From Candidatus Bathyarchaeota archaeon (GTDB taxonomy: Archaea; Thermoproteota; Bathyarchaeia; Bathyarchaeales; Bathycorpusculaceae), in the NCBI GenBank assembly GCA_963717465.1, contig OY970340.1, positions 2,944,001 through 3,008,000 of the forward strand: DNA of 64,000 nt. The letters are read 5' to 3'. Positions within the stretch are counted from its first letter, which is position 1. Each line of letters starts with the position of its first letter. Positions 31,213-42,340 of the stretch are shown here, one piece after another. A program made the translations under genes and the position numbers. The notes under the pieces are model-generated. The model saw only the letters and a program-made list of their open reading frames with translations. It was not told the origin of the DNA and did no database searches.

Positions 31213-32258
31213 CTATCATGCACCTTCTCGAATACGCATATTTCTCTTGTCAGCGTCCTGTGAACATAAGCAAAATGGGATTCTACATGCTTAAAGCCTA
31301 AAGCGGTTCCTAGTTTGCTTATGTTTAATGTTTTAGGCGAAGCGATACAAATCCGTTGCCCCGCACTTAGCAATTCAAAAGAAGATGCCAAGACCTCCAA
31401 AACCAAATCTTTAGTCGTAGATTTCAACGTGCTTGCAGATCTGCCATACGGTGGGTCAGTGACAACGCAGTCAACTTTATGTATGGGCATTTTGCGTGCG
31501 TCAGCTAAAACTAAACCTTCAGCTGTGATGCTAAAGTGGTTCAGGTTTTTTCTGCAGCCGTAAATCATTCGTTTTTGAGCGTCAACTCCAAGTGCTCTGC
31601 AGCCGATGAAGGTTGCTTCGATAAGAGAACTGCCTGTTCCGCAAAAAGGGTCTAAAACTAGCGATTCCGTTTTCGCATGCGCCAAGTTCACCATGCAACG
31701 TGCAAGTTTAGAAGGCATCGCAGAGGGATGAAAAAAAGGTTTTTTGCGTGGCCTGCGTTCAGAGAAAGTTTTCGTTTTAACTTCGGTTAATTTTAAGCCG
31801 AAAACAATTTTTTCATCAGTTATTATTCCCATGAAAATTTTTTCTGGATGTTTCAGGTTAACTTTCGCTTTTTTTGCGTTTTCATGGATGATTTTCCCAA
31901 GTTTAACTTCAAGGGTCATCGTGTTTATTTTTGCGTCAGCATAATTTTTTATACGAAATATCCGAACTGCGAAACTTTCATCAGGTTTTAAGAGCGTGTT
32001 GAAGTCTATTTTGCCCGCTTCCTTAAAGATTTCTTCTTCTATTGCATCGCAGATGAAAAGCTCCATGGCTGCGACACGGGTAAATGCAGCTCTTAGAGAA
32101 ACAGAATTTGTGCAGTCAAGTTTTGCTTCCAGACGCAGGATTTGGTCAAGAAGCTGAGGTTTTTTGTATTTGTATCCTTCCGCTTCCAGTATAGCTTTTA
32201 CTTCAGCAGTTGGCAGAGTAGGGTTTTCGCCTGAGAGTAAAAAGAAGAGTTTAGGCAC
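31209..32258 (-). CDS. tRNA (guanine10-N2)-methyltransferase Trm11/TrmG10 (THUMP + MTase)
   Basis: LLSGENPTLP, RPRKKPFFHP, LDPFCGTGS, VTDPPYGR, VHRTLTREI; probable GTG start at 32258. Confidence 0.92.
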   Translation of the reverse strand: MPKLFFLLSGENPTLPTAEVKAILEAEGYKYKKPQLLDQILRLEAKLDCTNSVSLRAAFTRVAAMELFICDAIEEEIFKEAGKIDFNTLLKPDESFAVRIFRIKNYADAKINTMTLEVKLGKIIHENAKKAKVNLKHPEKIFMGIITDEKIVFGLKLTEVKTKTFSERRPRKKPFFHPSAMPSKLARCMVNLAHAKTESLVLDPFCGTGSSLIEATFIGCRALGVDAQKRMIYGCRKNLNHFSITAEGLVLADARKMPIHKVDCVVTDPPYGRSASTLKSTTKDLVLEVLASSFELLSAGQRICIASPKTLNISKLGTALGFKHVESHFAYVHRTLTREICVFEKVHDS

Positions 32259-33150
32259 TTTTCTGCGCCACAAGTTCTTTGCTAATTAAAGGCGCAAGTG
32301 AAACCTTGCTAACAGAACTGTCTACGCTGTCTGTGCCAACGATTTCTTCAACGCCAGCCTCTAAAATTCTTTTTTCCGCATCACCGATTAGCAAGGCATG
32401 CACACAAGCGGTGAAAACATGTTTTGCGCCAAGATCTCGAAGAATTTTTGCTGCGCCGACAATCGTGCCGCCAGTGCTGATTATATCGTCAAAGATTATG
32501 GCGGTCTTGCCTTTAACGTTTAAACCCTCGCCAGTTTGTACTGTTTGCCCAGTATAACGGTCACGTTCCTTGTTTAAGTGCCCAGCTTCTCCGCCCAGCA
32601 CCTTTTGAGCCTGCTGTGCAATGTACAGTGCCCCCTTGTCAGGAGCCAACGCATAAGCACCAGCGAACCCTTTTTGTACAAAGTACTCTGCTAAAAGCGG
32701 TATGGCGCTTAAAGTTTTAGCTGGAAACCCAAACTGTCCAAGAGAGCTTTCTGAGTGAATGTTAGCGGTTAATAACTCGTCAACTCCAGCAGCCTTAAGC
32801 ATACGCGCAACAGTCTGAACACTTACACCTTCGCCTTGCAAAAACATTTTATCCTGCCGAGCATACGCCAAGTATGGCACAACAGCAGTGACCCGGTTTG
32901 CGCCGCCTCGTTTGGCTGCATCTGCCATAAAAGCAAGCTGGAAAACTTTTGCATCTTGACCCGGCGGACAAGTTGTTTGAATAATAACTGCAGGGTCATT
33001 TTGCACGTTGCCTTCTATACGAACATATGATTCTCCATCCGGAAAAACTTTGGACACAACGGACAGGTGTTCCATGCCAGTTATAGCACTGATTTTTTGA
33101 GCTAAGTCTTTGGACGCTGGACCGGAAACAATTTTCGTCAGGAAATTCAC
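32251..33150 (-). CDS. prs: Ribose-phosphate pyrophosphokinase
   Basis: FPDGESYVRI, PYLAYARQD, APDKGA, DDIISTGGT. Confidence 0.97.
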   Translation of the reverse strand: MNFLTKIVSGPASKDLAQKISAITGMEHLSVVSKVFPDGESYVRIEGNVQNDPAVIIQTTCPPGQDAKVFQLAFMADAAKRGGANRVTAVVPYLAYARQDKMFLQGEGVSVQTVARMLKAAGVDELLTANIHSESSLGQFGFPAKTLSAIPLLAEYFVQKGFAGAYALAPDKGALYIAQQAQKVLGGEAGHLNKERDRYTGQTVQTGEGLNVKGKTAIIFDDIISTGGTIVGAAKILRDLGAKHVFTACVHALLIGDAEKRILEAGVEEIVGTDSVDSSVSKVSLAPLISKELVAQKSA

Positions 33151-33324
33151 ACTCTTGTCTTGATAATGTCAATGACACACTTTAATTCTTTATCGTGTTG
33201 CTGACATGAAGAGACAAAGTTCAGTTAAGAACCTAGTAACCATTATAAAAAGCTTATTTTTTGAAAACTGCAGGTACTATCGATATGGTTTTAAGTAATA
33301 CGCAAGTTTGCATAAAAGGTAAAG

Positions 33325-34122
33325 ATGACATTTATGGATACTTGGCGTTTGCTACCACTCGAAACACATAACGCTTTCATGAACATGGCAATTGATGAAG
33401 CAATTCTCACATCAAGAATTGATGGAAAAGTCCCAAATACCCTGCGTTTTTACCTTTGGAAACCTTCTGCGGTAAGCATCGGCAAGAACCAGAATCCAGA
33501 TAACGAGGTTTACCTTGATGCATGCAAACAGTTGAACATTGATGTGGTACGGCGGATTAGTGGAGGCGGCACTGTTTATCATGATTTTGAAGGCGAAGTC
33601 ACTTACAGCGTAGTGGCGAAAACAAGCGATTTAGGCACAGCAGACATCGCGACAGTTTATTTTAAAATCTACGAGACAATAACTGAAGCATTGCGTCTCT
33701 TAGGGGTGCCAGCTGACTTCAGCCCGGGCGACATGAAAAATTGCCCTAACCTGACAGCTAAAGGGAAAAAAATTTCAGGCAGCAGCCAAGCCATTAGCCG
33801 CGGCATCGTTCTTCAGCACGGCACAATATTGGTTTCCGCGGATTTGCTTAAAATGTTCAAGATTCTAAAAGTAAAGTCAGCCACCTGCATGCAAGCAACA
33901 GACATTGCAAAACGCAAAATCACAAGCATCCAAAACGAGTTAGGGCGCAGTGTAAGTCAAGAAACAGTTGCAAATGCTTTAGCACAAGGATTCAAAGCGA
34001 AAATTAAAATCCAACTCGATCAGAGCAAGTTAACAAACGAAGAATTAAAGCTTGCAGATAAGCTTTGCAAGAAGTATGCTTCGGACGATTGGACGAAGAA
34101 GTGCATAGCAAGCCAAGGTTAG
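33325..34122 (+). CDS. Lipoate-protein ligase A family (catalytic domain)
   Basis: NMAIDEA, TLRFY, VVRRISGGGTVYHD, KKISGSSQ, LQHGT. Confidence 0.93.
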   Translation: MTFMDTWRLLPLETHNAFMNMAIDEAILTSRIDGKVPNTLRFYLWKPSAVSIGKNQNPDNEVYLDACKQLNIDVVRRISGGGTVYHDFEGEVTYSVVAKTSDLGTADIATVYFKIYETITEALRLLGVPADFSPGDMKNCPNLTAKGKKISGSSQAISRGIVLQHGTILVSADLLKMFKILKVKSATCMQATDIAKRKITSIQNELGRSVSQETVANALAQGFKAKIKIQLDQSKLTNEELKLADKLCKKYASDDWTKKCIASQG

Positions 34123-35543
34123 GATTTTTCTTTATGCCACCTAACACCCTGCGCTGTATCCTCAATTACGATACCCATTGCTTTAAGCTGCGATCGTATG
34201 GCGTCCGCTTCTTTCCAATTCTTGGCTTTACGCGCAGCCTCTCGCTTTTCAATTAAAGCTTCCACGTCTCCTGAAATGGTTTCTTCAGCTTTAACTTCGC
34301 CTATTACGCCTAAAACCGTATCAAACACCTTCATTAAATCCGCAACTTCCGCCGCTTCCTTTTTGCTTACCGAGTTGGAATCAAGCAGATTGTTAATATC
34401 TCGTACAAAATCAAACAATGATGCCAATGCAATTGCAATGTTTAAGTCGTCATCCATCGAACCGCCAAAACACGCAATTACATTTGCTTTTAGCACTGAA
34501 ATTTTTTCTACGCAACCTTTTCCGTCGGCATCTTGCAAACGGCGCATAAAATTTCGCAATCGCTCAACAGCAGCTTTAGCCGCATCTAAACCTTCGAAGG
34601 TAAAGTTAAACTGTTGCCGATAATGCGTTGACAATAACAAGTATCGGATTGCAATTGGGTCAAAACCTTTCGCCAGCAAGTCGCGGAGAGTATAAAAGTT
34701 ACCAAACCGCTTAGCCATCTTCTTGCCTTCAACCAGTAAATGCTCATTATGCATCCAGACCTCAACGAATTTTTTGCCAGTTGCTGCTTCGCTTTGAGCA
34801 ATCTCATTCTCATGATGCGGAAACATGTTGTCAACTCCGCCGCAATGAATATCAAAGGTTTCTCCAAGATACTTCATGCTCATAGCTGAGCATTCAATGT
34901 GCCAGCCTGGCCTGCCCTTGCCCAGTTCCGTTTCCCAGTAAACTTCGCCATCGTCAGGTGTCCAAGCTTTCCAAAGCGCAAAATCCTGAGCTTCCTCTTT
35001 TGCGTATTCGTCTTGGCTTACTCTTGCTCCAACTTTTAATTCACTAGTTTTTATTTTTGCTAGTTTGCCGTAGTCTGGGAATTTGTTTATTGCATAATAG
35101 ATTGAGCCATCCTCGCCCTTGTAAGCGATGCCTTTCGTCATCAATGTTTTTATTAATGATACCATTTCAGGAACATGATCTGTCGCTTTAGGGTAGCAGC
35201 TTGCTGGTTTAATGTTTAAAGCTTTAATATCCTCAAAAAACGCATCCACGTAATGTTGCGTGTACTGTTTTAGGGGAATTTTCTGCTGCTGGCTTCCCTT
35301 AATTGTTTTATCGTCAATATCAGTCAGGTTCATAACATGTTTAACTTTAAAGCCTCGATACTCAAGCCAACGTTTAAGTAAATCTTCAAACAAGAAAGCC
35401 CTGAAATTCCCAATGTGAGCAAAATCGTAAACAGTAGGACCGCACGTGTATAAACCAACTTTTCCTGACTCTATCGGAACGAAAACTTCCTTCTTACGAG
35501 TCAACGTGTTAAAAAGGCAAATGCCTGAAGATGAATCAGTCAA
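34119..35543 (-). CDS. cysS: Cysteine--tRNA ligase
   Basis: [42 protein letters not shown] (KMSKS variant). Confidence 0.98.
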   Translation of the reverse strand: MTDSSSGICLFNTLTRKKEVFVPIESGKVGLYTCGPTVYDFAHIGNFRAFLFEDLLKRWLEYRGFKVKHVMNLTDIDDKTIKGSQQQKIPLKQYTQHYVDAFFEDIKALNIKPASCYPKATDHVPEMVSLIKTLMTKGIAYKGEDGSIYYAINKFPDYGKLAKIKTSELKVGARVSQDEYAKEEAQDFALWKAWTPDDGEVYWETELGKGRPGWHIECSAMSMKYLGETFDIHCGGVDNMFPHHENEIAQSEAATGKKFVEVWMHNEHLLVEGKKMAKRFGNFYTLRDLLAKGFDPIAIRYLLLSTHYRQQFNFTFEGLDAAKAAVERLRNFMRRLQDADGKGCVEKISVLKANVIACFGGSMDDDLNIAIALASLFDFVRDINNLLDSNSVSKKEAAEVADLMKVFDTVLGVIGEVKAEETISGDVEALIEKREAARKAKNWKEADAIRSQLKAMGIVIEDTAQGVRWHKEKS

Positions 35544-35680
35544 TGTTTTAGCCCGTTATTGAAGAAGATTTGAAATTATTTAAGCTTCACTTCACTAAGC
35601 AACTTTACTAGAAATATAAGCTTTAGAAAAGCTTAAAGTATGTTTTCTAAATTATGAACAAGCAAGCTCAAAACGAACTT

Positions 35681-35935
35681 TTAGTCTTCTTCGGTGTCCT
35701 CTTTTGCTAGTTCGACTGACATTGAGTCATCGTGGCTAATTGCTTTCTTGCGTGTGCTTTTCTTGCTAGGCTGTTCATCTCTTCCCTTCATAAACCCCTC
35801 TTCAGCGGCTGTTATTTCATCTTCATCAAGCATCTTTTCTCTTTGTTCGCTATCGTAAATATCACCAGTTTCATCCTTTTCGACATCGGCATCTTGTGAA
35901 AGATACCTTGGCGGCTGTTTCTTTTTTTTGCTCAA
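35681..35935 (-). CDS. Small acidic hypothetical protein
   Basis: 84 aa; DIYDSEQREKMLDEDEITAAEEGFMKG core; GAGG ribosome-binding site and a TATA-like box upstream. Confidence 0.7.
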   Translation of the reverse strand: MSKKKKQPPRYLSQDADVEKDETGDIYDSEQREKMLDEDEITAAEEGFMKGRDEQPSKKSTRKKAISHDDSMSVELAKEDTEED

Positions 35936-35986
35936 CTATCTCAACCTCTTTGATTTTAAGAAAAGAGGCCATTGACTACTTTTATA

Positions 35987-36012
35987 TGTGTGATTGAATT
36001 CACACAATCACA
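35987..36012. promoter_or_regulatory. Overlapping palindromes adjoining a TATA box
   Basis: TGTGTGA-ttgaat-TCACACA (35987-36006) and TGTGATTG-N8-CAATCACA (35989-36012). Confidence 0.5.
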
Positions 36013-36285
36013 AGTATACGATATCACAAGGTGATTAGTTTTGCTTTTTTCAATGCATAAATGCCAAGTTCAAATTGTTTATAATGCAACATCTCGCCTG
36101 AAAATCTATTAACCTTAAAATTTTCCATAAAAAGCATAAGTAATTCAATATAAATTGCAAAAAACTTGCTAAACGTTTTTATATTGCCAGCGACGCATTC
36201 AGTCTGTCACATTAACTCATGTAATATCCAAAGCTCCTGAAGCTTTCATAAATGGCATGACGAATTCTGTGGCAGGAGAAAATAT

Positions 36286-37437
36286 ATGCAAATTCAATCG
36301 TTTAAAGACTTACCATTAAACATGGAAGTCTTAAGAAGTATAGAGGAACTTGGATTTAAGGAACTTTTTCCAATTCAAGCTCAAGCAATAATACCCTTGC
36401 TCGAAGGTAAAGATGTCATCGGGCAAGCACAAACTGGAACGGGCAAAACAGCTGCTTTCGGCGTTCCTATGGTTCAACGGTTAAACCGAGAAATCAGAGG
36501 AGTCCAAGGTTTAGTTTTAGTACCAACCCGAGAGTTAGCAGTTCAAGTTGCTACACATATTGGGCTATACGCGAAGTATGCGAAGCTGAAAGTCTTAGCA
36601 GTTTACGGTGGAGAATCAATTAACAAGCAAATACATTCACTATCAAGCGGCATTCAAATTGTCGTCGGCACTCCAGGGCGATTAATCGACCTGATGGAGA
36701 GACGCGTGCTAAATCTTGCATCTGTTAAAATGGTTGTTCTTGATGAGGCAGACAGAATGCTGGATATGGGATTCATAGAAGACATCGAGTTTATTCTTTC
36801 AAAAATTTCCGTAGACAGGCAGACAAGTCTTTTCTCAGCAACAATTGATCAGTCTGTTATGAAGATTTGCAGCAAGTACATGAAAAATCCGCAGAAAATC
36901 TTGGTCAGTAAAGATGAAATCGCATTAACCCAGATGAAGCAGTATTACACCGTTGTAAGTCAGCATGGCAAATTTGAAGCACTGACTAGCATTCTTCGCG
37001 GAGGAAAGGTGGATAAAGCTATTATTTTCTGTCGAACTCGTAGAGATACAAGCCGAGTCTCAGAACAACTTAATAGAAAAGGCTTTAGAGTTCAAGCGTT
37101 GCATGCAGGTTTTACTCAAGCTCAAAGAGACCGCGCTATTAACGATTTCCGAAACGGTAGACTAAACCTTCTCGTAGCCACTGATGTTGCCGCTAGAGGC
37201 TTAGATATTCAAGGAATAACGCACATAATCAACTTTGACGTCCCACAAGATGCCCCAGTCTATTTCCACCGCATCGGCAGAACCGCACGCAAAGGAAACG
37301 AGGGCACAGCAATAACACTGGTAAGTTACGGTGAAATGTCGAACTTTGACAACATTAAATCTCTAACTAAAACCAAAATAGAAGAAATAGGATCATCCAT
37401 TAGCAAGGATGAGTCACCGATTCAAAGCTTCTATTAA
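36286..37437 (+). CDS. DEAD-box RNA helicase
   Basis: AQTGTGKT, PTRELA, GTPGRL, DEAD, SAT, ARGLD, HRIGRTAR. Confidence 0.97.
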   Translation: MQIQSFKDLPLNMEVLRSIEELGFKELFPIQAQAIIPLLEGKDVIGQAQTGTGKTAAFGVPMVQRLNREIRGVQGLVLVPTRELAVQVATHIGLYAKYAKLKVLAVYGGESINKQIHSLSSGIQIVVGTPGRLIDLMERRVLNLASVKMVVLDEADRMLDMGFIEDIEFILSKISVDRQTSLFSATIDQSVMKICSKYMKNPQKILVSKDEIALTQMKQYYTVVSQHGKFEALTSILRGGKVDKAIIFCRTRRDTSRVSEQLNRKGFRVQALHAGFTQAQRDRAINDFRNGRLNLLVATDVAARGLDIQGITHIINFDVPQDAPVYFHRIGRTARKGNEGTAITLVSYGEMSNFDNIKSLTKTKIEEIGSSISKDESPIQSFY

Positions 37438-37516
37438 ATTTTTTCCAAAAAATTTTTCAACCCGTATAACAAGAGGCTGTATAGGCCTCAAAACTCTAAA
37501 TATTTTTATTAATGAT

Positions 37517-39406
37517 CTACGCCATTTTTTGCATTAAATTTGTTGGCGATTGCTTATTCATTCGTAGCACGATAATTGTGCTTAAACCACACATACTTAA
37601 CAGCAAAAGTATTAACCCGCCAATAGAAGCAACCGAAAGTTGAAAAGAAATTGTAGCGCCGGAAACCAGAAAGAGAAAATTGAATAACATTCCAAGCGCG
37701 ATTCCAACTGGAGCTGTTAGAAGCATAAGTGTAAGACTCTCAAGCAGAACAATCTTTGCTGTGTAATTAGGCTTAGCACCTATAGCTTTCAGAATGCCAA
37801 AATCGGGTTGGCGACCAGAAAAAGAAACAAACATACAGTTAAGTAACCCAATCATCGCAGTTATAACAGACAACAAGGGGAAAGGCAGAATAGAAAGCCA
37901 AATACCATCAATATTCGATAAGCTCTGCTGACGCACGCTATTCAGGTTGACTGCAATCAGACCATACTGCGCTGCAAGACTAGCTATTTCCCGGATACAA
38001 CTGTCGTTTTGGACTTTAACAAGGACAAGATTTTGCCCGCTGATTGAATTTAGTGTCTGCACCGTATCCAGAGGAGCATAAACGACAAAGCCTTGATTCA
38101 TCGGATCCAACAATACATTTGCTATCGGCATGACCACATTTGCACTGGGGTTATTGTTGTAAATTTGAATCTCTTGTTTAAGAGGAACATCGAAAATTGT
38201 GTCAGCTAAAGAAGTTCCTATTACGGTTGCATCAGTGTTTGACGTGTTCCAGCCCAAGTCTTCTATGGTGTTATTTGGGTCCACTCCAACTATTAGTGCG
38301 GTGGAAGAGCGAGGGGGAGATTGGCCGTATGTGATGTATTCTGTTGACCCGTCAGAGTCGGCGACTGGCTCTACAGTTTGAACTTCTTTCACGGTTGCAA
38401 ACATAAGGAGCCTATTATCGATGGCGGTGACTCCCTGGACAGAACCAAATTGCTGAACAAGAGTTGTGTTGATAAAAAATTGTGGTTCAAGAAAATTGAA
38501 GCTTTGAATGGCACCTGTTGAAGCATTTAAGTTAGTCGTCATTAAAGCGGCGTACTCGTCTATCACTTGCTTGTTTCCCACTGCGATTATGTTTTGCTCA
38601 TATAGGTTGCCAACATAAGTTTTCGTTGTGGACCAAGCGACAACGCATCCAACAAGAGATACAGTCATCAAAACAATACTAAGCATAAGACATATTATGG
38701 CTAGCTTAGACCTCGATTTGCTCCTAATCATGCTTTTGGAAACTAACTGAAACGTCCACGGCAATTTATTGAGAAACTTTCTAAACCCAACAAGTTGCTC
38801 TTTAACAAAATCGAAGTTTTGAGTATCCCCTGAAAACAAGTTTATCGGCGCAACTTTAAACATCGCTTCCGCTTCCCGCCCAGCAATAAACCACGAAACA
38901 ACAAATGACACTACTAGAAGCCCCAAAATTATGAAAATGTAAAATATGCCTTGAGGAAAAAAGGCGAAAGGCAAAAAAGCCGCTGAGTAAACCGAAAAGG
39001 CCGCAGAACCGGTTAGACAACCTAACAGGCAGCCACAAACAATTATCATTAGTGGCTCAGCCATGACGTAAGAGAAACCGAGGTCGCCTGCGCTGCCTAA
39101 AGCTTTTATTAATCCAGCGTCGCGTTTACGGTCAGCCATCATTGATGAGAACAAAAAGTAGATGTTTAGCATGCCAACCAGAAAAATCAAAAAGCTATCA
39201 AAAAATATAAAGCGAGAAACTGTACCCGATAAAAACATCGTAGAAGTGTTGGTTTGGCTCGGATTGAAAATTAGCCCTAAGCTTTGCCCAAGCAAGACTA
39301 GAAACGTAGTGCTTGCAACGCATATTATTAGCCCAATTAGTGCTAGTGTTGGTTGAATTTTTTTATTTTTGAACACTTTACGGGCAAAGTCAATGTTTCC
39401 TAGCAA
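37517..39406 (-). CDS. ABC transporter permease, FtsX/MacB-like (two FtsX repeats)
   Basis: RKRDAGLIKALG and RQPDFGILKAIGA repeats with a large extracytoplasmic loop; start uncertain (frame open to 39457). Confidence 0.88.
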   Translation of the reverse strand: MLGNIDFARKVFKNKKIQPTLALIGLIICVASTTFLVLLGQSLGLIFNPSQTNTSTMFLSGTVSRFIFFDSFLIFLVGMLNIYFLFSSMMADRKRDAGLIKALGSAGDLGFSYVMAEPLMIIVCGCLLGCLTGSAAFSVYSAAFLPFAFFPQGIFYIFIILGLLVVSFVVSWFIAGREAEAMFKVAPINLFSGDTQNFDFVKEQLVGFRKFLNKLPWTFQLVSKSMIRSKSRSKLAIICLMLSIVLMTVSLVGCVVAWSTTKTYVGNLYEQNIIAVGNKQVIDEYAALMTTNLNASTGAIQSFNFLEPQFFINTTLVQQFGSVQGVTAIDNRLLMFATVKEVQTVEPVADSDGSTEYITYGQSPPRSSTALIVGVDPNNTIEDLGWNTSNTDATVIGTSLADTIFDVPLKQEIQIYNNNPSANVVMPIANVLLDPMNQGFVVYAPLDTVQTLNSISGQNLVLVKVQNDSCIREIASLAAQYGLIAVNLNSVRQQSLSNIDGIWLSILPFPLLSVITAMIGLLNCMFVSFSGRQPDFGILKAIGAKPNYTAKIVLLESLTLMLLTAPVGIALGMLFNFLFLVSGATISFQLSVASIGGLILLLLSMCGLSTIIVLRMNKQSPTNLMQKMA

Positions 39407-40097
39407 TCTCAGTAATTCTCCCTTTTGCAAGACGCATCGTTGTATCAGCAAGCTCAACTAACCGTTCATCATGTGTGACGATAATCATGGTTTTTTGCTG
39501 ATCTTCACAGATTTTCTTTAGAAATGCAATAATTTCTCGGCCAGTTTCCCAATCTAGATTTCCTGTTGGTTCATCGGCAAGAATCAAAGGCGGATCATTG
39601 GAGAGAGCTCTGGCAATCGCTACTCTCTGTTGCTCACCGCAACTCATCTGAAAAGGAAGATGATCAGCTCGATCCATTAATCCAACCAATTTCAAAAGCT
39701 CATTCGCTCTTGATTCAATCGTTGATTCATCTTCACAATTAGCAAGCACCATGGGAAACTGAATATTTTCAAGAGCCGTTAAAGTTGAAACTAAATTGTA
39801 AGTCTGGAAGATGAAGCCGACATTAGTGCACCTAAAATAGGATAGTTCTTCTTCATCAAGGTCCACGAGATCAGTATCGCACACTTTAAGCGTACCACTT
39901 GAGGGTTTATCTAAACCACCTATAAGATTTAGTAGCGTGCTTTTGCCAGCACCCGAGTGACCAAGAATAACAACAAACTCTCCTGAAGCAATCTGGAAAG
40001 TCGCCTCATCCAACGCGACTATTTTTTGGTCTTGAAAATCAAACTGTTTAGTTAGCTTTACTGCCTCAACGCTACCTACTGATGCCTGCTCACCCAT
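39390..40097 (-). CDS. ABC transporter ATP-binding protein (LolD/MacB type)
   Basis: [43 protein letters not shown]. Confidence 0.96.
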   Translation of the reverse strand: MGEQASVGSVEAVKLTKQFDFQDQKIVALDEATFQIASGEFVVILGHSGAGKSTLLNLIGGLDKPSSGTLKVCDTDLVDLDEEELSYFRCTNVGFIFQTYNLVSTLTALENIQFPMVLANCEDESTIESRANELLKLVGLMDRADHLPFQMSCGEQQRVAIARALSNDPPLILADEPTGNLDWETGREIIAFLKKICEDQQKTMIIVTHDERLVELADTTMRLAKGRITEIARKH

Positions 40098-40336
40098 TAG
40101 TGTACCGACTGATTACCGTTTTGTACTTGTATATCACTAGAGCAAAATACGTCTTATGGTACAATCATTAACTCAGTTTACTCAAAAAATAATTATTAAA
40201 ACAAAAAGCGATTTGCATCGAAAAAAGGATTACTTTTTGTTAATTTTGGCTTAACGGGCTGCCTACTTTTAGCTAGGCAAAGTTGCAGAAATCGAACCAG
40301 TCTATTTTAGTTGTAAAGTCTTCTTACAGAAGATGT

Positions 40337-41188
40337 TTATAATGAATAGAATAACCGTTTTCCAAAGGCAGCTAAATTGTGTTTAATTTTGTTCTTGTTC
40401 CAACTACAATATTGACACTCTGAGAATTTACCTTCCTTTTTAAGAATAGACTTTTTAATACTTGAGTAATTAGATTTAATCAGGTTTCCAACAGGGTTAC
40501 GTAAGCCAAAATCAAAACAGCAAAGATAAACTGAGCCATCAGGTAAAACAACAGGAGCTAATTCTACATGAAACTTACTACACCAACCATAGGGTTTAGC
40601 TTTCTTTTGTATACATCTGACAACATTTTCTCTATTGTTACTGACAAAATTTTCATTCATACTCATAGTTACTATATTGGGAAGTTTTGATTGCAATTCA
40701 AAAAAAACATTTCGATAATCTTTTGTTTGAGGTTCATGCATAATATGTCCATCAGGTAAATGCACACAAAAAGCTCGAAAGTGCAACTGTTTTAACTCTT
40801 CAACATTTTCTCTGGTAACGCCCCAAAGAGTAGAAAAGATGTCAATTTTATGCCCAGCAGCAGACGCTAATTTAATAAACTCTATACAGTTAGGATTAGC
40901 AAAAGGTTCGCTAAACCCAGAAAAAATAATATTTACATTTCTTGGAGTGTGTTCAAGAATTTTTTTGAAAACCTCTATAGACATCATTCGATTGTCAGAA
41001 CCGTACCGGCGTAAGAGAGATTCTTGAGGACAATATTTCAAACAGCCGACCGGGCAACCTATGTTAGTTGTTATTTCAAGACTTAAGGTCAAGCGAGTGC
41101 GCTCGTTTGTGTTTACTGTAATATCCAGAGGGATTAGTGGTAACTCAGTTTCGCTGATTGTCTCGTTTACACTTTTTCCTTGCAGCAT
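40337..41188 (-). CDS. Radical SAM protein with twitch/SPASM-like C-terminus
   Basis: GCPVGCLKYCPQ, FSGFSEP, VLPDGSVYLCCFD...GNL...CQYC. Confidence 0.85.
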   Translation of the reverse strand: MLQGKSVNETISETELPLIPLDITVNTNERTRLTLSLEITTNIGCPVGCLKYCPQESLLRRYGSDNRMMSIEVFKKILEHTPRNVNIIFSGFSEPFANPNCIEFIKLASAAGHKIDIFSTLWGVTRENVEELKQLHFRAFCVHLPDGHIMHEPQTKDYRNVFFELQSKLPNIVTMSMNENFVSNNRENVVRCIQKKAKPYGWCSKFHVELAPVVLPDGSVYLCCFDFGLRNPVGNLIKSNYSSIKKSILKKEGKFSECQYCSWNKNKIKHNLAAFGKRLFYSL

Positions 41189-41446
41189 GTTTACCGAAAA
41201 AAAATAGATTTTAAATTCTTAAAGAATTTATGAATTTTGAATATTGATCAGCAATAACTATCAATTAGTGTTTGTTCCGGCGTTATTCTCAATTGTACAA
41301 GCATTCGGCATCGGAATTAGCAAATAAAGTTTAATTTGATTTTCATTATTACTCCAAAATGCCAGGCGAGGCAGCGTTTAGCGGAAAATTATTAAACTTA
41401 TAAAGGTAATTTAGAGTTTTATCAGGATAATAATCGTGATAACAGC

Positions 41447-42340
41447 ATGGTTAGTGCAAAAAATTCATTTCGAAGTATTGCGTCGATTCTGCCCGAGCTC
41501 AAAATAATACATAGGCCAAACCACCACAAAAACGGGATTACTGTTATAATACCAACTAAAAACGAAGAAAGATGGATAAAATTATCAATATTATCAGTCG
41601 AACCCTTAGTGGATGAAGTGATAGTCATTGATAGCACGAACTTTGACAACACGACAAAAATTATAAAGAATTTAGCGGAAAAAAATGAAAAAATCAAACA
41701 TATATTTTTAGATTACGAGGCTCCAAACGCAATAGCACTAGCTTGTGAAATAGGGTTGCTAAACGCAAATTACAAATGGATTCTTAAGTGGGAAGGAGAT
41801 TGCGTGTTAAAAACAGAAGCAATCGAAGTTTGGAAAAATAAATTAGATAAATTAAACAAAAATAGGTATTACGTTTTAAGTTTTCCACGCGTCAATTTAG
41901 AAGGAGACATTTACCACCAACCAAAAATTGGTTCGTTTGGAGGACCAGAAGGACGACTTTTAACTTTTAGTCCTGATTTAAGATTTTCAATGAAAATAAC
42001 TGAAACAACACAAGCTGAACAAGTAATGGGAAACAGTATTTGGGGACATCGCTATCCGCCTTGGTACACTGATATAATATGTAATGAACCGTATATTTTT
42101 CATTGTAACATAAAATCTCCAAAGCGAATGTTAGTTCGAATATTTTGGCAAGACTACATGAAACTTAAAAATTCAAACTTATCTTTAGAGCAGTATGTAG
42201 AAAAAAGAGTTGCGGCTGAATGGCATATGACAATGCAGCAAGCAGAGAAAAAAGTAACAGAAAATTTAAACCAAAATTTGATTCCGTATGATGAAGCAAG
42301 ATTTGGCAAGCTGCCTGACCTTTTGACAAAGTCTAATTAA
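41447..42340 (+). CDS. Glycosyltransferase family 2
   Basis: ITVIIPTKNEE, VDEVIVID, WILKWEGD at the DxD position. Confidence 0.85.
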   Translation: MVSAKNSFRSIASILPELKIIHRPNHHKNGITVIIPTKNEERWIKLSILSVEPLVDEVIVIDSTNFDNTTKIIKNLAEKNEKIKHIFLDYEAPNAIALACEIGLLNANYKWILKWEGDCVLKTEAIEVWKNKLDKLNKNRYYVLSFPRVNLEGDIYHQPKIGSFGGPEGRLLTFSPDLRFSMKITETTQAEQVMGNSIWGHRYPPWYTDIICNEPYIFHCNIKSPKRMLVRIFWQDYMKLKNSNLSLEQYVEKRVAAEWHMTMQQAEKKVTENLNQNLIPYDEARFGKLPDLLTKSN

